From the NCBI GenBank assembly GCA_963786955.1, contig CAWBAT010000004.1:64001-128000 (forward strand): a stretch of DNA of 64,000 nucleotides, read 5' to 3'. Shown piece after piece: positions 56,913 to 64,000 of this stretch; position 1 is the stretch's first letter; every line of letters starts with the position of its first letter. This stretch comes from an uncultured Acidimicrobiia bacterium. GTDB taxonomy: Bacteria > Acidobacteriota > Terriglobia > Versatilivoradales > Versatilivoraceae. The notes below the pieces were generated by a model. The model saw only the letters and a list, made by a program, of their open reading frames with translations. It made no database searches and had not been told where the DNA came from. Position numbers and translations under genes: made by a program.

Positions 56913-56971
56913 ACCCAACACGCAGGTCGAGGCGACGCGGAAGACCACGCGCCTCACCTGCCAGGTTAGGT
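56913..56971 (+). other. attC site 6 (59 bp)
   Basis: ACCCAAC ACGCAGGTCGAGGCGACGCG-GAAGACCA-CGCGCCTCACCTGCCAG GTTAGGT. Confidence 0.92.
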
Positions 56972-56998
56972 TCCACAATTCCACCTCAATTTGACACC

Positions 56999-57382
56999 AT
57001 GCCTACTCTTCAAATCACCGAGCCCGCGCTTCTCATACGGATTGCAAAGCTGTACAAACCCGGCATGAACGCCACTCAGCTTTGGGAGGCAACTCGTGGT
57101 GTCTGGAAGACTGGAATCGATCGGGAGAAGGCTGAATACGTATTGTCGGTCGCTAATGGCGTAGTACAGGAGGTCTACAAGATTGGCGCCTGGCAACCGG
57201 CGGGCACTGCAAGTTACACTACACGCGCAAGAAGCGAAGTGCAAATTGCAGGACGATGGGAGTTCACTGGAAGCGTCGCACATAGGACAGTACGAGACAA
57301 GTACATCGGGAAATCGATTGCGCACTACTTCAAACGTGGAAACGCAAATCCAGTCAACTACGTAAACATCAGGAACAAATGA
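56999..57382 (+). CDS. Cassette 7: hypothetical protein resembling the C-terminal domain of LEM-3-like GIY-YIG proteins
   Basis: LWEATRGVWK...AEYVLSV.NG.VQEVY.I..W...RWEFTG...KYIGKS...GNANPVNY; family recalled, not searched. Confidence 0.65.
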   Translation: MPTLQITEPALLIRIAKLYKPGMNATQLWEATRGVWKTGIDREKAEYVLSVANGVVQEVYKIGAWQPAGTASYTTRARSEVQIAGRWEFTGSVAHRTVRDKYIGKSIAHYFKRGNANPVNYVNIRNK

Positions 57383-57451
57383 ACTGTGGCCCTGTGTGTT
57401 TCGCATAGTCAGCAAAGGCCAGAAAGTAATTTCTCAAGTCCTTGAGTTGGA

Positions 57452-57529
57452 ACCTAACCCGCCAATCAACCAAACCCGCAATAGCCGGCTTCGCCGGCCG
57501 TCGCGGGCCGGTAATTGGCAACGTTAGGC
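57452..57529 (+). other. attC site 7
   Basis: ACCTAAC CCGCCAATCAACCAAACCCGC...GCCGGCTTCGCCGGC...GCGGGCCGGTAATTGGCAAC GTTAGGC. Confidence 0.88.
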
Positions 57530-57550
57530 GTCTAAAGGAAGGAGAGAGTC

Positions 57551-57967
57551 TTGATTGAAGCCCTCATTGGTGTGGCGGTAGGTGTTCTCACGATAGTCTT
57601 GGCACGGATCATCCGTGGGCAGCGTTGGTTGTATTCATTAGGCCTGCTCACTCTGCCTAGCTTGTACGCATCCTTTGCTCTATATGCCGGTGAGCAGGCT
57701 GTGGGCGTTAAGGAAATGATCTACGGTGTTCCGTTTGTCGTAGTTGGGCTGGTTTTCGCATCTGTGAGCGTCCGTCAGTCAGCCGTAGTGGTCGGTGCCT
57801 TCTGGATACTTCACGGGCTGTACGACTTGACGCATAGTCAGTTCATCACAAACGCTAGTGTTCCTGGTTGGTATCCCGTTTTTTGTTTCTCGGTTGATGT
57901 TGTTATCGGTGCATATCTACTATGGCTGTCGCGTCGTATCTCCAATGCAAATCTTCGCCAGGCGTAA
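57551..57967 (+). CDS. Cassette 8: small multi-pass membrane protein
   Basis: AAGGAG RBS, TTG start; several TM segments; HGLYD...H...VPGWYP.FC..VD. Confidence 0.8.
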   Translation: MIEALIGVAVGVLTIVLARIIRGQRWLYSLGLLTLPSLYASFALYAGEQAVGVKEMIYGVPFVVVGLVFASVSVRQSAVVVGAFWILHGLYDLTHSQFITNASVPGWYPVFCFSVDVVIGAYLLWLSRRISNANLRQA

Positions 57968-58025
57968 GTCGTGGCTTTGCCATTCTCGGAAGTGAGTTGG
58001 AGCAGTTCAGGTTCTTGAGGACGAC

Positions 58026-58098
58026 GCATAACCCTTCCATCAACCGGACAGTCACAAAGTTATGCTATTTTTACCGCCGGTTATGTCACACGTTAGAC
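58026..58098 (+). other. attC site 8
   Basis: GCATAAC CCTTCCATCAACCGGAC...GCCGGTTATGTCACAC GTTAGAC. Confidence 0.8.
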
Positions 58099-58130
58099 CG
58101 CTGACGACGCTCACTGGAGCATTCTCTACC

Positions 58131-58835
58131 ATGACGACGCCGACAGCCGATAGCCAATCTCGATCACTACCGCATCATGTGGCCATCATCGGCGCCGCAG
58201 GTGGTCTCGGCCAGGGAATACTCGGCGTGTGCCGAGCAGCAGGAATGAGTTTCACTGCCATCGTCCGTTCTCGGCCGGAACGCATAACCGACGTGCCGGG
58301 CGGATCTCGCGTTGCTGTTGTCCAGTCTCTCGGCGATCGCCCCGCCCTCATGAAGGCATTCGCCGGTGCAGATGCCGTTCTCACCGCACTCGGAGTTACG
58401 GCAACGACCCATGAGCATTCCGCCTTGCTCTCAGCGAACATGGCCGCGGTTGAGGAGTCAATGTTGGCTGCAGGCGTCGACCGCATCGTCATGATCAACA
58501 CGTTGCTCACTTCACTACCAGGGCAACCTGCAAGCCGGCTCATGCGCTTCTTCATGTTGATGCCTGGGACAATGGGCCGCGGAGCTCGTGAACAGCAAGC
58601 GGTAATAGATGCGCTCGGTAACGGGGCGTTCTCATCGCTTCGCTGGACCCTCGTCCGCGGCGGCCTGAACTCTCGCGGCAAGGATGAGCGTCCCGTGGCT
58701 TCGGCGAACTGGAACGGCGCTCTAAACTCCTGGTCACCCGTTTCGTATGAGGCCATGGGCCGATGGATGCTTGAGGAGGCAGCGGCCAATGAGTTCGTCC
58801 GCGCAGCACCGCTGGTGTCACGGCGTCGCATGTGA
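58131..58835 (+). CDS. Cassette 9: NAD(P)H-binding Rossmann protein (atypical SDR/flavin reductase-like)
   Basis: VAIIGAAGGLG, AIVRS.PER, AFAGADAVL.ALG, LRWTLVR. Confidence 0.85.
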   Translation: MTTPTADSQSRSLPHHVAIIGAAGGLGQGILGVCRAAGMSFTAIVRSRPERITDVPGGSRVAVVQSLGDRPALMKAFAGADAVLTALGVTATTHEHSALLSANMAAVEESMLAAGVDRIVMINTLLTSLPGQPASRLMRFFMLMPGTMGRGAREQQAVIDALGNGAFSSLRWTLVRGGLNSRGKDERPVASANWNGALNSWSPVSYEAMGRWMLEEAAANEFVRAAPLVSRRRM

Positions 58836-58851
58836 ACGTTGCCAACGAGCG

Positions 58852-58884
58852 GTCTAACAACGGCATGCAGCGGCCGGCGCTCGC
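58852..58884 (+). other. attC site 9, 5' half only
   Basis: GTCTAAC AACGGCATGCAGCGGCCGGCGCTCGC; the expected CCGCTGATGCC...GTT arm is absent. Confidence 0.7.
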
Positions 58885-59067
58885 ACCGTCGAGAGCATTC
58901 TCCGAACAAGGCGGATAGACTTTGGGTCAAGCGTTGAGCTTCGAATAGAAGGGGGCGCGCCGTTACGCACTCCAAGAGAGATTTGCATGTGCGTCACCAA
59001 GAAGAACGTCACGATCAACACAGTGCATGGCGAGCCGCGCGTCAGAACGCAACGGAGGTCCCACCAA

Positions 59068-60261
59068 ATGGAACGAATGGCAGCAGTTCTCACGTTGTTG
59101 TGCAGTGCGATCGTGTCCACCGCCCATGCGCAGACGGGCTGGCTTCCACGCACGGTCGAGATGGGCCCGTATCTCACCGGCGAGAACCGGGCGGCCGCGC
59201 TCGCGCGGCTTCAGAGCATCGAGCGGCTGCTCAAGCAGGTACCGGAGCTCGCGCACCCCGATGGCTTCGAGGTCACGCCGTTCTTCGGGGGTGCCGGCAA
59301 AAGTCGGGAGGGGTTGGGCCACTCTGAGCACGCCGATTATGTCATCCCGTACCAATACCGGCTTTCGTTCTTCTACCCGAGCTTTGCAGCGAACAAGGCA
59401 GCGTTCAAGCCCGCGAGCGGTCAAATCATTTTCGCGGTCAACAGCGACGAGAACATGCATGGCGAGCTCGACCCGCAGGGCCGAGTAATATTCGTCGAGC
59501 AGCAGGGGCGTTGGCCACGCACACCCTTCTCGATCGTGACCTACGGCACGTCCGCGAGCGGCCACCTGCAACCCAACGAAGACTTCTCGCTCTGGACCTG
59601 GTTTACGCCAGGTGCCGAGTTCCCGTGGCACGCCGTGTCACGCGAGGACTATTACAACTATTTGATCGCCAGCGCCGAGGGGAACAATGGCGAGCGGCGC
59701 GCGCAGTACCAGAAGGTGCTTGAAAAGACCCCGTACGAGCGTTGGCTGGAAGAGGCGCCGCGGCGGAAGAAGGAGCGCGAAGAAACGTTGAAGGTACTCG
59801 CGCAAGTCCAGCCTGCCGCCGAAGTCGCCAAGCTGCGCAAGGCGATGGAGGATGCCGAGCGCGACGCCGGAGAACAGTTCAAGAAGAACGAAAACGAAGA
59901 CCGCGCAAGCGCCAGGACGGCGTTCAGGTCCACCGACGACATGCGCGCCGAGCTGAATCGCATGACGCCGGCGGAGCGAAAGCTGCCGGCAATCCTAGAT
60001 ACCGATCCTGCCCGGACCGAATGGCGCGTCACCGGAGCGAGCATACGCGACCGCGATACCGTCACAAACACGGTGAGCCGGGTCCTGACGCCGAACTACG
60101 ACTTCTGGCGCGCACGGAAATCGCTGGTCGAAGTGCGCACGATTAACGTGTATCTGGAAGGTTCGCCCGACCCGCCGGTACTCAACGCGATCTATCAGAT
60201 GTACCAGAAGTTCGATTGGCGCGCGCTCGCGGCGCTCATCGATCAGCCAACCAGAGAATAA
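59068..60261 (+). CDS. Exported hypothetical protein with a coiled-coil segment
   Basis: GGAGGT RBS; signal peptide ending AHA-Q; charged helical RRKKEREETLK...LRKAMEDAERD. Confidence 0.75.
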   Translation: MERMAAVLTLLCSAIVSTAHAQTGWLPRTVEMGPYLTGENRAAALARLQSIERLLKQVPELAHPDGFEVTPFFGGAGKSREGLGHSEHADYVIPYQYRLSFFYPSFAANKAAFKPASGQIIFAVNSDENMHGELDPQGRVIFVEQQGRWPRTPFSIVTYGTSASGHLQPNEDFSLWTWFTPGAEFPWHAVSREDYYNYLIASAEGNNGERRAQYQKVLEKTPYERWLEEAPRRKKEREETLKVLAQVQPAAEVAKLRKAMEDAERDAGEQFKKNENEDRASARTAFRSTDDMRAELNRMTPAERKLPAILDTDPARTEWRVTGASIRDRDTVTNTVSRVLTPNYDFWRARKSLVEVRTINVYLEGSPDPPVLNAIYQMYQKFDWRALAALIDQPTRE

Positions 60262-60411
60262 GCCGACGTAGCCGTCGTCTCGCTCAACCCGGGCATCGGC
60301 GCCACTCGGCGATCTTCTCGATGTTCAACGAGAAAATTGAACTGGGCAGCGATCACACACCCATTGGACGATCCTCGATAGCCCCCGTAAAAGGGCGCTT
60401 CGAACGCCAGC

Positions 60412-61514
60412 CTACTTCTTAATGAACTCGACGCGGCGATTATTGGCTTTGCCTGCGGGACTGTCGTTCTTGTCGACGGGTTGCGTCGCGCCTTTGCCAT
60501 CGGCTTCCATACGATCGGCATTGATACCGAATTCCCGCGCGAGCGCCGCCTTCACCGACGCGGCCCGCCGCCTCGACAAATCCATGTTCGCAGCGGCGTC
60601 GCCGTCCGAGTCGGTGTGACCGACGATCAGAATTCTCAGGGCTGCATTGTCCATAAGAACGCCGGCAATCTCCTTCAGCGCGCCGAAAGATTCGCCTTTG
60701 ACCTTGTCGCTGTTCACGTCGAACAGAATGCCGCGCGTCACCCACTTGCCTTCAGTCAGCAGCTTGTTCCGAGTGTCGGCAGCACCCGCGGCGACGCGGA
60801 GGTTCCCGAGGTAGTACTCACAGTTGCCACATCCACCACGGATGTAGAAAACCAGCGAGTTGAGTTTCGCCGACGCGGAGACCGCGCGCGGAAGGTCCCA
60901 CACCTTTTCTTCGTTCATGTAGACGCGAACCCGCTGCCTTTGCCGCCACAGCGCAACGTGTACAATCTTGCCGTTCACCGCGAGCTGGTTCGTCTTCACT
61001 GAATTGGACGTGCCGTCGACGCCATCCTGTCGCGTCGTCGTAGTGGACGTACCCAGAGACTCGTCGCCACCACCGGCGCCTGGGAATGCCGTCACGGCCA
61101 TGGTGTTTGGGCTGCTCTCCCAGTCCGCGACTCTCTTCCGGTCCGCGAGTTCAACCAGCGCGATCTCGAGCGGAAATCCTCCGGAAAAGCCGGGGGGCGA
61201 CAAGAGGTCCAGCTCCACCGTCACGTTATCGGGCAGCGCCGTGATGAATTCCGGCGTGAAGACCCCCCCTTCGTCAGCTTAAGCCATCGCCCGTTTTGTC
61301 CCGAAAGTGTCACGATTTCGCCAGAAGCGTCGGTGTTCCACTTCCCTGGGAAATCCCCGATGGCGTCGTGAGTGAAGTCTTCGATGGCAACGATCTTCTC
61401 ACCGGAGACGAAATCGAATTTGCTGTACGCCCGAAACGATGGACTAGTGGCATCCTGTGCCGATGCCGAAGCGGATACAAGAAGAAGGGCGAGGGACGCG
61501 AGACGACACCTCAT
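60412..61514 (-). pseudogene. OmpA-family peptidoglycan-binding protein, frameshifted at a 7-G run (61263-61269 as C on +)
   Basis: Signal peptide and YSKFDFVSGEK..EDF...IGDFP.KWNT in one frame; GILFDVNSD, IVGHTDSDG, LSRRRAASVK, NRRVEF in another; adding one G joins them via GGVFTPEFITALPDNVTVE. Confidence 0.85.
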
Positions 61515-61802
61515 GAGGTACTCCTTTCAATGTATGGCCCAGTCCTCCCAGGACGTTCTGCGAGTGGGGCCGAACGTTGCCACACCAGTCGACATTACGA
61601 CAAAACGGCGAACTTTACAGCGCTTGCTCCGGGCGCTCACGCCCATTTCCATTGAAAACCAATGTCACGTGAGGGCACACGTTAAACACCGAGTCGCAAC
61701 CCCCACGACGAGCGGAAGAAGGTGCAAGCGCTCACTGGCGGGGATGGAGCGGAGCGAATCTAACGCAACAAAAACACAAACCAACAAAACACATATACAT
61801 AA

Positions 61803-62087
61803 ATGAAAAATACCATCATCACAGTCTTTAGTCTAGCGACAATGGATACTCAGAAATACAACCAAGCCATCCGTGATTTGGAGGCCTCAGGTCAGGGAAA
61901 ACCATCGGGGCGGCTGTACCATGTTGCCGCCCGCCAGGAAGATGGAAGTATTATTGTGACGGATATTTGGGAATCGGCCGCGTTTTTTGAAGACTTGGGC
62001 AAGACATGGATACTGATTCTGAACAAAGCCGGAGTGACGCCCGTCGAACCCAAGGTTTATTCTGTCCACAATGTGATCAAAGGATAA
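61803..62087 (+). CDS. Cassette: small ABM-like (dimeric alpha-beta barrel) hypothetical protein
   Basis: P.GRLYHVA...DG..IVTDIWES...F...P.VY.VHN; followed by an attC. Confidence 0.75.
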   Translation: MKNTIITVFSLATMDTQKYNQAIRDLEASGQGKPSGRLYHVAARQEDGSIIVTDIWESAAFFEDLGKTWILILNKAGVTPVEPKVYSVHNVIKG

Positions 62088-62264
62088 AACCTGCGGCGAC
62101 GAACGGAGGGAAGTAGCTGATTTACTTGAAGATTTTTGCAGGAAGGGACAGAATTATGACCTTAAAGGGCACTTTTAGGGCCCGAAAACGTACCTTCGAG
62201 ATACCGAAGCCCTTTTGGATATTGCTTGCAAATGGTGATGATCTACAATCTCAATCAATCGAAA

Positions 62265-62327
62265 GCCTAACCCGCGCTTCCCCCCGACCGCCAAAAAGCG
62301 CGGCGGGCAAAGCGCAATTCGTTGGGC
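62265..62327 (+). other. attC site 10 (same family as attC4)
   Basis: GCCTAAC CCGCGCTTCCCCCCGACCGCCAAAAAGCGCGGCGGGCAAAGCGCAATTC GTTGGGC. Confidence 0.88.
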
Positions 62328-62369
62328 GAGTATATAACTCATTAGAGGTGATGGGTCTTGAAACGTTCA

Positions 62370-62988
62370 ATGCGAATCATACTTGCAGCAGCTTTCATAA
62401 TCATTGGAGCGATGGATGCCATGGCGATCGAAGAGGCTACGTACAAGGTGGTGAAAAAGGACGACAAGTTCGAGATCCGCGATTATGCCCCCCACATCGC
62501 TCGCCGAAACCGTCGTGGAAGGAGATCTTGAAGAGGCTGGAAACAAGGCATTCAACAGGCTCTTTCGCTACATCTCCGGCGACAACCGGTCGCGCAACAA
62601 AGTGGCGATGACGGCCCCCGTATCCCAAGAGCCAACGGGGGAGAAGATCAAGATGACGGCGCCCGTAGGACAGCAGCGTGTCCAGGAAAGGTGGGCTGTC
62701 AGTTTCATGATGCCAGCCTCGTACACTCTGGAAACCCTTCCAGAGCCGGAGGACCCACAGGTCACGTTGCGTCAGGTGCCAGCGCGTCGGATGGCCGCGG
62801 TGCGCTACTCCGGTTTCTGGAGCGAAAAGAACTACCTTCGATACAGGATGGAGTTGGAGTCGTGGATTCATGAAAGGGGCCTTACCATTGTGGGCGATCC
62901 CGTATGGGCCCGCTACAATCCTCCCTTTACCCCGTGGTTTTTTCGGCGGAACGAGATTCTGATCCCGGTAGATGAAGGCGCTGACTAA
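62370..62988 (+). pseudogene. Cassette: SOUL heme-binding protein with a 1-bp frameshift near 62499
   Basis: MRIILAAAFIIIGAMDAMAIEEATYKVVKKDDKFEIRDYAPHI, then LAETVVEG...AFNRLFRYISG.N...MTAPV...FMMP...ARYNPPFTPWFFRRNEILIP in the next frame. Confidence 0.87.
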
Positions 62989-62994
62989 GAGAGA

Positions 62995-63065
62995 GCCCAA
63001 CAACCGCATCGAGCACTACGTCGTGCCCGCGACGGGCCCGACAAGGCTCATGCGTGACGTTGGGC
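62995..63065 (+). other. attC site 11
   Basis: GCCCAAC AACCGCATCGAGC...GCCCGCGACGGGC...GCTCATGCGTGAC GTTGGGC. Confidence 0.9.
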
Positions 63066-63097
63066 GTTACCGGTGCTAGACCTCAAACGGTGATCGA

Positions 63098-63634
63098 ATG
63101 AATACTTACATAGCCCTTTTCCGAGGTATCAACGTTGGTGGCAATAACTCTTTGCCGATGAAAAAACTTGTTACCATTCTGGAAGGCATTGGCGCACGAA
63201 AGGTCAAAACATATATTCAAAGCGGCAATGCTGTATTCCAGAGCGCAGAAAAGAACCCTTTACAACTCTCCAAACATCTAGCCGCTGAAATCAAGAAGCG
63301 CCATGGTTTCGAACCCTACATCCTCATTCTCGGACTCGAAGCAATAGAGAAAGCAATTGCGGAAAACCCTTTTCCAGAAGCTGAAACTGACCCCAGCAGT
63401 TTGCATCTTGGCTTTCTCGGCTCCAGCCCCAAGAGCCCTGATCTAGAGAAACTCTTCAGCCTGAAGAAGGAGAGCGAACGGTTTCATCTGAGCGATGGCG
63501 TGTTTTATCTACATGCGCCTGAAGGAGTGGGTAGATCAAAGCTCGCAGCAAGTACCGAGAAACTATTGGGTGTGCCGATGACAGATCGCAATTGGAGAAC
63601 TGTTTGTAAAGTCATGGAAATGGTGAGAAAGTGA
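63098..63634 (+). CDS. Cassette: DUF1697 family protein
   Basis: YIALFRGINVGG, VKTYIQSGNAVF, NPF, GVGRSKL, T.RNWRTV. Confidence 0.93.
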   Translation: MNTYIALFRGINVGGNNSLPMKKLVTILEGIGARKVKTYIQSGNAVFQSAEKNPLQLSKHLAAEIKKRHGFEPYILILGLEAIEKAIAENPFPEAETDPSSLHLGFLGSSPKSPDLEKLFSLKKESERFHLSDGVFYLHAPEGVGRSKLAASTEKLLGVPMTDRNWRTVCKVMEMVRK

Positions 63635-63642
63635 ATGGTTAC

Positions 63643-63724
63643 GCCCAACCCATCATTCCACCGGACCGGCCACAAGCGGCGCGTCGCACCGGTCGCGTCC
63701 GTCCGGTGAATTCAAACCTTCGGC
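63643..63724 (+). other. attC site 12 with a mutated R' core
   Basis: GCCCAAC CCATCATTCCACCGGAC...GTCCGGTGAATTCAAAC CTTCGGC (GTTRRRY expected). Confidence 0.8.
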
Positions 63725-63749
63725 GTCTTACCCTAAGAGGACAGTACCC

Positions 63750-64000
63750 TTGAATCACGTGACCCAAGAAGTGCTCGCCGCTGGCCTGGCCTCGATCCGG
63801 GAGTCGCCCAAAGACGAGGGAGTGCTCAACCTCATCGTGCGACGACCGGCGGTCGAAGCCCGCGAGGTACTCCAACTCGGACAGCTGGATCTAGTGACTG
63901 GCCTCGTCGGCGACACGTGGTGCACGCGGGGAAGCTCCCGTACCAATGATGGCACCCCCCATCCGGACATGCAGCTGAACCTGATGAACAGCCGCGTCAT
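63750..64000 (+). CDS. Cassette: MOSC-domain-like protein, N-terminal part (runs off the window)
   Basis: Manual translation from TTG after GAGGA: LNHVTQEVLAAGLASIRESPKDEGVLNLIVRRPA...GLVGDTW..RGSSRT.DG.PHPDMQLNLMNSRV. Confidence 0.75.
   Translation, partial: MNHVTQEVLAAGLASIRESPKDEGVLNLIVRRPAVEAREVLQLGQLDLVTGLVGDTWCTRGSSRTNDGTPHPDMQLNLMNSRV

Larger units (their letters stand above)
53279..64000 (+). mobile_element. Integron gene-cassette array with no integrase in the window; continues past the end
   Basis: Short co-oriented ORFs each followed by RYYYAAC...GTTRRRY imperfect palindromes; the cassette-start core is the exact complement of the same cassette's attC R'' in 9 cassettes. Confidence 0.93.

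Noticed and set aside
53849-63724. attC repeats as a CRISPR array
   Set aside because: The units are non-identical, 59-122 bp long and separated by whole genes; no cas genes are present.

Overview
Bacterial chromosomal window, most likely Acidobacteriota (inferred from a Cys-rich Zn-ribbon insertion in RpoB, a VWFA-type gene and the rnc-lepB order). 1-36 kb is mixed metabolic and accessory DNA: a partial GH78 rhamnosidase, a fused GltD/NfnB-PyrK/NfnA-like flavoprotein, an aldo/keto reductase, a giant TPR/repeat protein with a VWA partner, rnc, lepB, a Tm-1-like/TIM-barrel/atypical aldolase operon, a hybrid kinase with a REC-PP2C partner, small detox-type genes, a frameshifted IS1634-family element and several REP-like palindromes. 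36-52.7 kb is the core minus-strand block gltX-rlmB-4 tRNAs-tuf-rpmG-tRNA-Trp-secE-nusG-rplKAJL-rpoBC. From 53.28 kb to the window end lies an integron gene-cassette array (about 13 cassettes, 10 full and 2 half attC sites). It begins at an attI-like site with candidate Pc promoters, but no integrase gene is present: gltX sits where intI would normally be. The array shows signs of decay (half attC sites, a mutated core, a nonsense codon, frameshifts), some of which may be sequencing indels. All calls come from reading motifs; no database search was run.
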